Program-made: the position numbers and the translations under genes
Assembly (NCBI RefSeq): GCF_018350175.1
Contig: NC_058369.1
Location: forward strand, 19,346,001-19,410,000
Source of the DNA: Felis catus
Taxonomy: Eukaryota
Length of the DNA: 64,000 nucleotides
Direction: 5' to 3'
The notes under the pieces: model-generated
What the model was told of the DNA's origin: nothing
The model's input: only the letters and a program-made list of their open reading frames with translations
Database searches by the model: none
In this document: positions 23,346-36,380 of the stretch, in pieces
Layout: each line of letters begins with the position of its first letter
Numbering within the stretch: position 1 is the first letter of the stretch

Positions 23346-26300
23346 CTGGCTGCGCAGACACTTAAATGCATGAGACAGGGGCTCGATTCAGTGTCTGATT
23401 ATCATGACATAATCTCATACCTCCCTGCTTTTGCATAGAATATTTCCTCTGCCTGGAATGCCATTCTCCTCCCTGTTTTTTCTGAACAATTATTTCCTGC
23501 TTCTTAATGTCCAGCTCAGTTGTACTCTGTGCTGGGCTTCCTCCTGCTTAGCCTCTAACAGCTGTGGCACCAGGCTGGTTTACAAGGCTGGCCACACTGG
23601 GCCAGGTTCTTTTGAGGTCACAGTGGGGCCTGATTCCTCCTGTGTCCCCTCTGGGGCCAGGGCTGATCTGAGGTGGGGGCTGAGGGCATGCCCTACCTAC
23701 CCCTAAGAGCTTTCCAGTTGGAAACATCAGGAGCTGCTACAATAAACTGAGGAGAGTTTAAACACCTTTGGAGAGTAGAGGGGGTTGTGGAGGGGCAATA
23801 AGACAGAAGATAGGGCCAAAGAGATGGGCAGGAGAGGACAGATTCTCAGGAAGACAGATTCGTAGAGCCAGGAGTGCTGACGTGGCAATAGAGCTGGGGT
23901 TGCTCCTGCAGGCCATTTTCCTGCATGAGGCTCAGAGAAATGTTTCTTCTCCTCCAACTCTGACTGTTAGCTCAGATGTTCCACTGTGAGGAGACCCTTG
24001 ATATGCCTGATGATTCAGTGTTCCTCACCATAGGCTTCAGGGAGCCCCTGCCAAGGGGAGAGAAGACAGGAATGGGGTGCTCTGAAAACACCATACCTCT
24101 GTCCTGGACCCCACTGGCTCTGCAGAGGAGCATTGGGGAGACCATGACACCAGCTGTGGGGCTGCATCGACTTAGATGGGATCCTGGGAAACTTAGGCCC
24201 CAGCTGGTGCTATCCAGTGGTCTTGACCCTTTTCCTTCCTGCACCTCAATTTGCCAATCTATAAAACAAAGATATCCATCCTGGACCTGCCCACCTACAG
24301 GTGCAGTGGTGCAGTGAGTGGAGAGAGGGACGATGAGACATCTGTGACAAAGGGTTTCCAGGCAGCAATGAGCATGTGCAGGGGGTGTTGACCTGGGACA
24401 CACAGACGCACACATATGGGCATGCATAGGCCAGGATGCACACATGCACAGGAATTAGCTGCAGGTGTGTGTGCACGTCTGTCTGTAGCCATTCACATGG
24501 GTGCATGCGGCTTGGGTATGCTGCTGGGGTTGCAGAGTGGGAGATGGGATGGGAGCACGCAGGTTTTATACACATACATGTCTGTAGGTGCCTGAAGCCC
24601 ACATGAGTGCCTGTAAGTGAGATGGGCCATGTTGGGCAGCAGGAACCTTGAGGTAGTAGAGCTCTCTCCTGTCTTCCCAACCCAGCTCTTCAGACTCTTC
24701 CAGCACACATGCTCCGCATATCTTAGACATATACCCACGCATGCAGGCCCTATCACAGAAAGCCCTGACTGGCCTTTAGACATACATACGGGCATGCATA
24801 TACATCTAGCACCATCCCTGACATGCATTTGGGGGCACATCCCAGCCATACCAACAGCTTCCCATGAGCAGACACATGCTCTGCTTGTTTTTGGCCTTAG
24901 GTGGGCCCCATCACCAATGCTGTGAACTCTAAAGGGAACTTAGGAGTTTTCTTTTGCTGACACAGGCAGCTGCTCAGGGTGGCCTGGCGCTGGGCAACCC
25001 AGGAAGATCCAGCACTGCCTGCTATGGCCACCTTGCATCTCTCACCGCCTGCTTAAGGCAGCACTCTGGGCACAGGTGGGTGTCTGCAGTCTAGGGGAAG
25101 CTCCTGTTTACTCAGGTTCCTGGAAAGAGCAAGGGTGGGCTGTGGGAGGGAGACCCCACAGAGTCTCAGGAAGCTGTGTCCCGGTCAGGAGATGGGGCTT
25201 GACCCTGAGCTGCCTCCTTCTCACTGCCTTCAGCCCTGCTCAGGCTCTGGGCTTGCGCTTATGGATGCGTGTGTGCTATTGACACCCGCTCCTTGCCTCC
25301 CTGATGTGATTGTCTTCTGACACCCCTCTGATACTCCATTACACATCCTCACATTATTTGTCAACTCTCTGCCTCCCATCTGGACCACAAGGTCCCAGAA
25401 GGCATGATCAGGTCTGCTTCTGTCACTGTGGAGTCCTCAGCAACCAGCAACCAGCACAGGGCCTGGCAAACAGAAGACATTTGGTGTGGAGGACTTGGGA
25501 AATGAATAGACAGGTGGAAGCTGACATGATGGGGTTCAGGGAGCACTGAGAAGTGCTGCAGTGGGAGGAAGAGCCTGCCACCCCTGCCCATATCAGCTTT
25601 GGAAATCAATGGGCCCTATGGAAGAGTGAGCCAGGAAGACAGGGCAGTGCCGTGAGAGGCAGGACCATACTTCTGTTCCTATTAGCCAGAAGAGGCTGCA
25701 CCCCACCTGCCCTGTGGGGAATACACAGGCTCCTCCCCTAAGATCACCACCACTCCCCAGAGCCGCAAAGCATCCCCAGAGCCGCAAAGCATCTGCAGTA
25801 GAAGTGGGCACTGCCTGGGGGCTGGGCCAGGTCACAACACAGGCACAGGCATGCAGTAGGTGCTCAATACATGTTGTAAAATGAATGATATCCCTGCCTT
25901 ACTCAAAAGGCTGCCAGGGCTTCCAAGGCCTGGTGTTCAAGGCCCCCCACTGCCATTTCTACCTTCTTGGTTGTGCACTGCCTCTTCCTCAAGCTCGCCC
26001 CTGCCCATGGCCCCTTCATCCCTTTTTTTATGCTGTGGTCCCATCTGGCCTGCCCCTCCTCCTGGCCAATTCCCCGGCCAGATCCTGTCACAGCTCACCG
26101 GCCTCTGTGGGGATGTCTCCCTGAGTGCTCCCAGGGCCAGTTCCGGACACACATGCAGTGTGTCAGGAGGGGTACTAAGGGCAGCCCAAGAGGTGAGTGG
26201 TAGACAAACTTTTGTTCTAGCCCCTCAGGGCCAATGTCCCCATTGCAGCCCCTTCTCTGGGGCATCCTGATGCTCCCATGAGGGCCAATGTCCCCTGTCG

Positions 26301-29300
26301 ACTGCTGCAGGCTGGACAGGAGGAACAAAGCAAGGGGTGAGGGGCTAGGCCCATGGGGGCGTGGGCTCTGCTGGCAATGTCTCTGCTCTTCCCCTGGGCT
26401 CAGGCCTGGCTGGAGTCTTGAGTCCTAAGCCTTTGGAGACTTGGTGGGGCAGGGGGGTCGCCCTTGAGATGGGAGAGGTACAACCTGTGGTGGGGACATC
26501 TTAGAATGTGATGTGAGGATGTGTGAATTTGTGGGGGGCTTCCTGGGCTTTGCCTAGAAGCTTCAGATGGAGGCACCTGCCTATAGAGGAATGGAGGAAG
26601 GGACAGGAACATGGGGGTGGGGGGTGTGGTAACTCAGTCCGTGTCTCCTGGGCCAGGGAGGGCTAATGGGCAAGGAAGTCTAAGCCAAAATTCTCCAGAG
26701 GTGGAACCAAGGCTTAGGCTTCAGCAAGAGGGATCATGATCCGACATAAGGAAGAAATTCCAGACATTTGGTGGGCTCCAATTCTGGAATGGGACCCTGA
26801 GGACGTGGTGGCATTTCCCTCCCGAGTCAGGGATAGGCTAACATGCCGCTGCCTGGGGACAGGGAGTGGGCCAGCCCTCCTCCAGCCCCATAATTAGAGA
26901 AGCTGTTCTGGTTTCCTGGCATCAAGGACCTGTGTCCCCAGAATTCCTGGGACCACAATCTTGTGAGCCAGGACCTGACCTTGTCCCCCTGAGCTGCGTT
27001 GGGAATTTTACACGCGAAACATCTGTGACCTAGTTGGTGACCTCGAGGCCCATGACACCAACCCTGGGCTGCATTTCGCCTGACAAGTAACCTTGGGAAC
27101 ATTTTTCCAACTTGTGATCAACGGACTCAGGAGTGACCCTGAAGCTGCTAGAGCAGACAGCACTCTCATGGGAAAGCTCGGTGGAAATGGGCGTGTGCTA
27201 TGGTTCTTGAGCGATTATGTGGGGTGCGGTGGGAGTGCACACAGGCCCTTGGGGCTGGCACCATTCCTCAAATTTGGCAGTGCACCCAGGGCTGGAGCCC
27301 TTAGAAATGCTGCTCTCGACAGCCAGGAAGCCAGGAAGGGTGACATGGTGCAGGGGGCAGCCGGCAGCCTCCTCCAGGCCAGGCTCTGGCTCCCTTGGGT
27401 CCTCTATGGAGACTTAGGAAGGCCCGACCTCCACTCCTTGTCCGCTGTCCCCTCCCCCCCATCTCTCCTTCTAAGAGGAAAATCATAGGGAAGCAAACCT
27501 TGGGGGGAGAAAGGAAAATGTTTTTAATTAAAAGTTTAAGAGAATTCACGTCCTGAGGGAGTCGGAGCAAGAGAAGGCGGGGAGACAGTGGGGGCAGTGG
27601 GGGGGGGGGTTGCGGGAAAGTAGGCCACACCAGCTGAGGGCTGGAGCCCAATCCTTCCAAATGCCCGGGGCCCACCACTGCAGCAGGTTCTGAGCCACTG
27701 AGGGCTCTCTGTGCAGATGAGGCCTCGGCTACCTCTGGTTTCCCATCTGGGGAATGGGTGGGGGAGGTGGGGCAGGGGGCTCAGCAGTGATGGCTGGACC
27801 AGAGCAGCACCAATTGCTGAGGCTAAAGCAGCTTAAATTCCTGCACTGCTCCTTCTGCCTAGCCCTACCACTGGAGGCAGATGTTCCTGGTGCCCCTGGC
27901 TGGAGCTGCCATGCTTGGTCAGGGCCAAGGCCTGGGCCACCTGCTGGGGGGCTCCATATGTGCCCTGTCTATAGTTCATTGTCTCAAGAAGCCCCCACCT
28001 CACGGCTAGACCAGATCCTGGTCGGGATGGGTGGGGTGGGGAGTATGGGGGCAGCCCGATTGCTGTGGGATCTTGTCCAACAGGCGGGGTGGCAGACAGA
28101 TGTTAATGAGGATCATTGGGATTCCTATAAAGCAAGTATTGGCTGCACACCTGGCTCAGCTCATCCATGCATGGCCATGCATACTGAGCAGAGGCGTTTG
28201 GCATTCGGCATTCTGCCCCCTCACTCCCAGCCTGCCTGCCATACACGTGCCTACCAGGGGCAACTCCACTTAGTGACTCAGTCTGAGCCTAGCTTAGCCT
28301 GATCAGTCCCTGAGTGTGAGCAGATACCCATAGGTGCTCCCAGAGCAGGGCTTGGCCAGCCCTACTCCATCCCTTCCTCCTGCCACAGGGAGGGTACAGA
28401 CACCCTCAGCCCACTGACCTCCATCTGGTCACCAGGCCCCAGGTCCAGCATGTATGTTAAGGGGGCCAGTGCATGGGGTGGGGGGTCCTGTGCACAGGGG
28501 GTGGCCAGAGCTGACCTGCAAGATGGACTCATCCCCAGTAATCTTCCTCAATCCCATCCCCGCCTACCCCTTCCTGGGAAAAGGAAAAGGGGAAGGGAAA
28601 ATAAGACAGATGCAGTATTTTGCAAAATGAGCTAATTACACGGCAGTCATACAAGGAGATGAGATTAGCAGCATATTTGATAAAAGGAGACACAGGTATG
28701 CATGTGGGAGGTAGAGAAAGGTCACTGTTATCCCTGGGAGACTGTGGGGCTTGGTGCTTCTGCCAGGGCCATACGGAGTGGGGGCTGCAGCCCTGTCACT
28801 CAGGCCACAGTCACACAGCTTAATCCTGGGCCATGTGAAAGCCGCAACCTTAGGGAAACAAGTCAGTGTGTGCATGTACATGAGAACATACACGCTCATG
28901 TCTAGACACCCCCCATGGGATACATACACACATAAGCCCAGGAGAGGGAAGAACAGCCACACTCTCCCATGCCTCCCCTACACTCGCTCCCCTGCAACCT
29001 TGTGTCTTGGGGTTAGTTAGAGCTGTGCTTGTGGTGGGGGTCCTATGCACGAACATCCAAGACAGAAGACAGTGTAGCTGTAGCTGTCATTAACGGGGCC
29101 GTCACCACTGCTGGCTGAGAACGGACAGATGCATTTTCTCGTTTAAATGCCTACTCATCTGCTGGCCCCTAGGGTCAGGGCCCTCCCACCTGAGGGATGT
29201 GAGGGTACACCAGCCCAGGCTGTTCCTCTCATCTCACGGTACCTACTCCCCAACTCTTCAGCCCTTCATACTTTGGGTGTATGGGAAGATGCTCTTGGAC

Positions 29301-32300
29301 TCCCTAAGCCCCAGCACCCAGCAGGGCCCTGAGGCCCCCAATGACCAGAGCCAAAGGTCCAAGATGTAAGCTCAGAAGAGCTTCGAGCCCCTCAGAGCTC
29401 TGGGCAAGGATGTGTAGTGGTGCTAAACTCGCACAAGGACACGAAGATGTGAGTGGCTCTGGGTAGAAGGCCACAGCTCTCACTCCCCGAGACGTGAGCA
29501 CCACACACCACTGCTGCACACCAGTCTCACCACGCTTCCCTCTGGGGAGGGGTCAGCAAACACCTGAGGACGGAAGGTGGGGGCGGGCAGGAAGTGCTGC
29601 CTACTTGCTGACAATCCCCATCGGTTCCTGGGGGTTCGGCCTTCTCACCCCACAGCCTGCTCCTGACCGTCCAAGACCCCCTGTCCCCATAAGTGCCACC
29701 TTCTCCACCCCCCCCCCACCCCCCCCCAGAACCTGGAGGGTTCAGCCTGTTTCCCTTCCCATTCTAACCCCTAAGCTACACTCAACTCTGCCTGACCCCA
29801 CACTCCTACCCGCAGGGCCCCTCCATGCTGTTCTCTTTCGCAGAATGCTCTTCCCCACCCTCTGGGAGGCAAACCCCCTCCTTCCCTCCAGCTTCAGCCT
29901 CAGCCTCAGCCTCAGTGTTACTTCTCTGTGCTTCCAGGTAACTGGGACTCTTTCATGAAAGCCCAAAGTGAGGTCAAGTGATGGTGATCTTCCCCGTGGC
30001 CCAAGCCCCTGCCTTGTAACAGTGATAACCACACAGCACACACAGGTCTAAGAGCCAGTCAAGTCTCAGCTCAGACAAAACCCTCAGCAATCCTGCCAGG
30101 TGGACTCTTCTCTGATCCCCTGCCCTGACCCTGTCTCAGTGCCTGTCTATCCATCTGTCCATCTGCCTGACGCTCATGCCTCCTCAAATTGGATGCTGCT
30201 GGATCTGATGACAAGGAACACAGGGGAGGCGAGGGGTGGAGCTGGGCCTGGGGAGGGACTCTGCATAGGGGGTGGGGAAGCCCCAAACTTGGCCTTGAGA
30301 GGCCTGAAGGCCGTCTCTGCCAGGAAGTTCCTGAGTTGTGCCAAGGGGAGACTGCACTGGTCCCTCCTAATCCTGCTCCTGGCCTGGGGATGCCCTTGCT
30401 GGTTCCCCGTACCTACCCAGTCCAGGCCCAGCAGTCAAGTGGGTGAATTGGTGGGTCATAGGTGGGGAGCTGCCTGCTTGCCCATCAACCCCAACTATCC
30501 AGGGAGGGGCTGTACCCAAGGCACCTGGGCAGCTGGAGATAGGGCCTCACACCCTCGGCTCCAGCTGGTGTTGACACAGCAAACATGCCGCGACTCCCAT
30601 TCGCTGAGGCACCAAGTGGGCAAACACAGGAAGGCTGGAACAAAGGGCCTGACAACCGTGACCAGCCTCTCAAACAAGGGACCCAAGCCCTGTGCCAGGA
30701 GGCAGGAAGCATTAAGCAGCCTGGACAGTGTGGCCCACAGAAGTGGAAGCCAGGGACAGGCCCTTGATGAGGCATCCAGAGTAGGGGGAGCCGGCCTGAA
30801 GACCGATGGCCTGGGGTCAGTCCCGTGCTAGGCACAGACCAGTCTCATCCATGGGACTTGTCCCATGTGCATTCCTTCTTGAATCGGTGTCACCAAGGTC
30901 TGGGCATAAACTCTGATGACAGATCTGTGAGGCTATGCTTGTTGCTCCTACTGTCCGGGTAGGGAAACTGAAGCCCAGAGAAAGTGAGATCTGCCAAGGG
31001 TTCAGTGCGCTACTCAAGTGCAGAATGGGGGCTATAGCACAGCAGTGGTTGAGGCCCCTGATTCTTGGCCACCTTCCGCTCTGGGCCTGGTCATGTGTAT
31101 CATGAGCCATGCCACATCTTTATGGGGGACTCATGGCCAAAGGTTCTTTTTGGAACAGTGCAAGGTTAGGACTATGCAGGTTGTGGTCACTAGGTGAGGT
31201 TTCCACTAGACTGCAAGGAATGATGTCTCCACTGGGCATAGCCCTGCATGCCTCTGCCGAAGGCCCACCTCACAGTGTGTTTGTGCACGTGCTCTGCACG
31301 GCCACGCCATTGGGCGAGACCTTCCATCACCATATGCATGTGGATGCCCCACCATGAAGACATGTACGTGCTCTCTGTACCTCCGGTCTGTACTTTGCTG
31401 TGCCCTCCGCCTTGGACCCTCTTCCTCTGCCTGGCTACATCTTCAGCAACCCCCCTGCCCCCACCCCAGGTCTTCTAGGCCTGATCAGTATCCACAGGCT
31501 TACCGCCCTGGCCCACACTTTGTGGAATGGGTCATATCACTGTCACCTTGAGCAGACTGCACTCTTTGAGGGAGGAGCCCCATAGGTCTATTCCCCCATC
31601 TCTGGACCTGGTAACCTAGTATGGTGCTCATACACACCGGTTGCTCAGCACTCGGTAAACAAAGGTTGAAGGAAGCAAACAGCACCCAAAGTACCTGGTA
31701 TCCCTTGACACAGTGAGCCAGGATCAACTGATCTCCGGGAAAACCTTGGGGGACCCCACCCAGGGTCACTATGACACCATGGGCTGGGCTGGCCTTCAGG
31801 TGTGGGTTTGGAAAGACTAATGAGGGACCTCAGAGGGGCTTCTCACCATGCCTGTGCTGGGTGCAAGGAACCAGGCCCTCTCTGCCAGCAGCCCTGTGAG
31901 CCGACTCACTTCTCCCATAGGTACCCACTATCAAAGCAGAGGCATTGGTCCCTAGGTATGTTAAGCCATGAAAAATGGGGATGACAGAAGTGACTGGCTG
32001 CTCCCAAGGCTGCCGCACCCTGAAGGGGCCATGCTTACCAATGTGCAGCTACCACCCCAGGCTTCAGGTGGTGAGCCCTGCCCCCTACCTCTGTCATCTC
32101 TTCACCCCCCATCCCCTCCAGTGGAAAATGATGCACAGGCTACACCTGCTGGGCTCCCTTCCCAGCTCACAAAACCCGTATGGACAGACGCAGACTGACT
32201 CACTTCTGCTCATGCTCACTGCCAGGCCAGGGCTTGGTGCCTTCCTTCTTCCCTTCCTCCACTTTTGGAAATTCTACCAGCTCAAGTGCCACCACCTCCA

Positions 32301-34973
32301 GGCTGTCTCCTTAGACTTCCCCTCCCATATCAGCTGTTCTATACACGAGGATCTCAGAGTTTGTCTGTCTCCTCAAAGTATGGGGTCCTGGAGGATGGGG
32401 ACTAGCTGGGCCACCGGCTCACCCTGCCTTAGATGCACCCTCCCTCCCCCAGCCCTTGTACATGAGGTTTCAGAACAAAGGGCCAGAAGCTATTAAAACT
32501 CAATTAAATTTCTCACTTCTCTGATCCTGAATTAGACTGGTTTGTCCCTGTGGCACCTGCGGGCCCTGTTCTTCCACATCCCAGCATCTGCCCCACGTGT
32601 CCAGCTAGGACCCCCAAGGAGGTGGGCAGAAGCAGGAGAGGATCCTACCGCAGCGCCGGCTTCTCTGGGAGTGCAATCCAATGTGTCTCCCCTGGGGGCC
32701 CACGGCCGTTTCATCCATTTGGCTGACCCCCCACCCTCATGCCCTAGATTCCCTTTCCTGTGGTAGTCAGGACATACAGGTTGAATAGGAACCCACTCTC
32801 TAGCTATCTATCCACTCTCTAGCTATCCTGTGTCCCCCAACTGAAGTCTTGCCCCTAGGCCCTTGTTTGTGCTCTGCCCTCTGCCTTGCAGACCCTCAAC
32901 TTTTCCTTCCCCACCCTGGGGCTTCCTCTTTGCTCTAGTCAGCATGGCTCTACTTCCTCCCAATCCTCAGGAACTCCGTGAGGAGCAGGCACACAGGCTC
33001 AGGAGCCAGGGTGAGCTGGGGGAATTGTGACCCTGTTTTTACCAGGCAACAGCCAAGGCTGGCACTGTCTCTGTACCTCTGTTTCCTCATCTGTAAAATG
33101 GTAATTCTGCTCTACAGTAAAGCAGAGACTGACTCCACACCTGGGGTCAGGCTGGGGGCAATGGGCAGGTTTGCTGAATGACTGAGTGAACACGCAAATG
33201 ACAGGGAGACTGAACGGTGCTATGGGGAAAGCACCTGGCGTCATGGAGCAAGGCCACTGGGCAGGTGAGGCTGACACCCCCTCTTGGAGCAAGTTCTGGG
33301 TCTGGGGTGCCTTGGCTAAGGTATCTCCACAAGAAGTGGTCAATGCTGGTCAGGGCAGACAGGATGTTGAGCTTCCTGGCCTGACACATGGCCCTTTAGT
33401 TTCCTCTGACCTTCAGCCACTAGGGAGAGCTCAGCAGCAGGGCGGGGGGTATAAGGCTGATCCACCAGGCTCTGTGGACTCAGGGGCGTTGCACCCAGGC
33501 CCCTAGATCCTTTGGCTAGAAGATGCTGGGGAATGACCACAGCTCTTCTGACCCTTCTTGAGGTCCCTGTACTATGGAGGAGGAGCCACGAGAGGAGCCT
33601 GCTCTACAGGGGAAATCCTAGGAACTAGGGAAGGCTGGCCCGAACACACAGCTCGGCCTTTCTTTAGCATGGCAGGCCGAGCCAGGCCCTCATCTGACCA
33701 CCACTGGGTAGGGCGAGTAGGAGAAGAGGATGAATGAGGTTTCCCCTAAGGATCCTGGGGACACACCCCACCTGCACGACCTCCCTCTTCATTTCCAGGG
33801 AGGCTGGCTGAGGCTGCAGCTTTCTAGGGGTCTCTGGCCACACCATGTATCCTCCGAGGAGGCCATCCCCATGTACACCTCCACCAGTTGCTGGGAGCGG
33901 CGTGTCTTTGCCCAAGGCTCACGCTGACTCCCAGGGCCTGTGGGTATATGGGGAGTGCACAGCAGCTTACCTTTCCTCCCCTACACGTTCAGGCCACCTC
34001 GGAGGAGGAGCTCCCTCTGAGCCCTGTTCCTGAGTGGTCACTCTGCCACCACATGCTGCCTTGTCTCTCCTGAGTGCTCACCACGGCCCAGGTCCCCATC
34101 CTTGTTTCCTTGCTGGCCGGCTCTCTTGCTGCCTCCCTGTTAGGTGGGGGTCCCCAAGAGTTCCCACATGAGAAGCATTCAACAGATGTCCATTCACTTA
34201 TTCTGTGCTCCCCCCATCCCTGGGGGCCCCAGGTGGCTCCTCTGGGTGGCACTGGCACCTTGCCAGGAAGCAGCAGTGCTGTTTGGGTGAGGGGAGAATA
34301 ATCAGCCTTAAACGTCGCAATCAGGGAGAACAGGCTGCTCAGGCCCCTGGCGCCCACGCGTGCGCCTAATTGGCTCTACGTGTCTGTGGCTCCTTTCAAG
34401 AGCGGGAAAGTGGAAGGGTCAAGATCTCTTAATGTTTATAATGAAGGGGAGGCAGAAGCCACTGCCGGCCCCACGTAAACACCTTTTAATTGCACGGAGA
34501 AGGGTGGGCAGGGGCAGCCCATGCTACAGAATCCCTTGCCTGTCTGTCCCCCATTACTGTGGCTTTTAGAGCTTCCCAGTCTGCAGTCAGATCCCAGAGG
34601 GTGACCTCCAGCCAGAACGCAGAGTCACAGCCCTTGCACCTGTTGTACAAATGTTCCTGAGACTCCTACTCTGGGCCAGGCCTCCTCCAGGCCTTGTCCT
34701 TTCAGGGCTGATCTGCCCGTCCAACCCCCATCAATCAGTGCAGCGGAGGACCCAGCTCTGAACCAGCCTCTGGCTGTCTCAGTGCCAAACTCTGCCCCCC
34801 AAATCCTTGCTGCCTCTTCCAGGCAGCCCCAAGCTCAGTTTTACCCTCTTAAACTGAAGTGATCTTCCTCCTGCTACAGCTGCCCCATTCCATCTGCACC
34901 TCTCTGAGGTCCCCATGTCCCCTGCTTACGCGGCTTTTATTCATCATGGCTGCATCTCTCTGTCCCATTACAC

Positions 34974-35203
34974 CAGTGGTTCTCAACCAGGATTTGGGGG
35001 GAAGGGAGTTTTCCCCCCAGGTGACATTTGACAAGATTTGGGGACATCTCTGGTTGTTACAGCTGGGGGAGTGGTGTACTACTGGCATCTAGTGGGTGCA
35101 GGGCAAGGACGCTGCTGAGCAATCCTACGGTGCACAGAGCAGCCCCCACAACCAAGAATTATCCTGCTTGAAATGTCAGTAGTGCTGACACTGAGAAACC
35201 CTG
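34974..35203 (+). mobile_element. MER20 (hAT-Charlie) non-autonomous DNA transposon, full length
   Basis: TIRs cagtggttctcaac...ctgagaaaccctg; internal tactggcatctagtggg...gctgct...aatcctac...tgcacag...aagaattatcc matches the MER20 consensus as I recall it. Confidence 0.88.
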
Positions 35204-35849
35204 CCTTGGATGAAGCCTTGGAGAGAAAAGCAGCAAGTAAGCAGGAGCGAGGTGGAGTGTGCTCCCTCCTGACAGGAGTGGTCTGCTCTACAGCTTGGGA
35301 GGGGGAGCTCCCCGGCCCCCTCCCTGGCTCATTCCTTCTATTCCTCTGAGCACCCAACCCAGGGCCCAGTTCCTGAACAGACCTGGCCACACTGCCAACA
35401 ATGCATCAGTTTAATTGGGTTAAGTGGCCATTAGCGGCAAAAGCAGGGCGGCTGTGTGCAGAAGGGTTTTTAATTTTACTCTTTAAATGATGCTCGCTCC
35501 CCAGAGAGGTGACTGAGGGTGGGAACACTGCCCACTGGAGCCCCCAGATCCAGGGCTGCAGCTGCGCCACCCCCTGTCCTATCCATCTGGGCCTCACAAG
35601 GCTGGGCTGGGCCTCACGGGTGCACAGTGTCTGTCTCCACTGCCCAAGGAAGAACCTGTGGGCGCAGGCACTTGCCCAAGGTCACTAGGTCATTCCGGGG
35701 CAAGCCACTATCAGAGGAGGCCAGAGCCCCATCTCTTCTTCCCTCAGCCCTGTCCACACCCTGCAGTCAGCAAATGCCATGTGGCCACCGGTGGTAGTCC
35801 AGAGGAGGCCAGTGTTGGGGGGCAGTTTGTGGGGTCTGAAGCCCAGCTG

Positions 35850-36025
35850 CCCAGATCTAAAGCCTGAATTTGGTGTGGGGCTTAGGGCCAGTGGTTTAAA
35901 CTCTCTGGGGCTCAATTTCCTCAAATGTAAAATGAGGATACGATACTCTCGGCTTGTAAAGAGGATTTGGAGAGATCTGGAGTGTTCTGGCTCATCGTAG
36001 GCTGGGCACCTGATAGGCACTAAGA
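35850..36025 (+). mobile_element. MIR relic
   Basis: ctctctggggctcaatttcctcaaatgtaaaatgaggata...ttgtaaagaggatt. Confidence 0.65.
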
Positions 36026-36074
36026 AAGAGGCCAATGATCATGGGAGGGAATTATTTCTGCCCATTTTAGGGGA

Positions 36075-36244
36075 AACATTCTGACTTCTGAATCTACATA
36101 AATCATCTGTGGGGCACTGAGAAATATTGAAGCTCAGCCCCATCCCTGGAGAATCTGATGTACTTGGTTTGGGGCGAGGCCTGGGCATCACCATTTAAAA
36201 TCTCTCCAAGTGACCTCAATGTTCAAGCAGGTTTCAAAACACTG
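36075..36244. mobile_element. MER5-like hAT DNA transposon relic
   Basis: gagaatctgatgtacttggtttggggcgaggcctgggcatc...ttaaaatctctccaagtga...gtttcaaaacactg resembles MER5A/B. Confidence 0.6.
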
Positions 36245-36255
36245 CAGGAAGACAA

Positions 36256-36380
36256 GGGGCACCTGGGTGGCTCAGCTGATTGAATGTCTGACTCTTGATC
36301 TCAGCTCAGGTCTTGATCTCAGGGTCATGAGTTCAAGCCCTGAGTTGGGCGTGGAGCCCACTTAAAGAAAAAAAGTTTGA
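36256..36380 (+). mobile_element. Short Can-SINE lacking the CT tract
   Basis: ggggcacctgggtggctcag head with B-box gagttcaagccc; TSD aaaacac...aggaagacaa at 36236-36255 and 36381-36400. Confidence 0.88.

Noticed and set aside
25755..25792. 19-bp perfect tandem duplication (a similar one at 32793-32827)
   Set aside because: Ordinary slippage duplications with only two copies; not a CRISPR-like or functional array.
30100..30831. Longest ORF (243 aa); likewise 47137-47838 and 11107-11736
   Set aside because: No recognisable domain, low-complexity composition, antisense within an intron and partly repeat-derived; expected by chance in GC-rich DNA.
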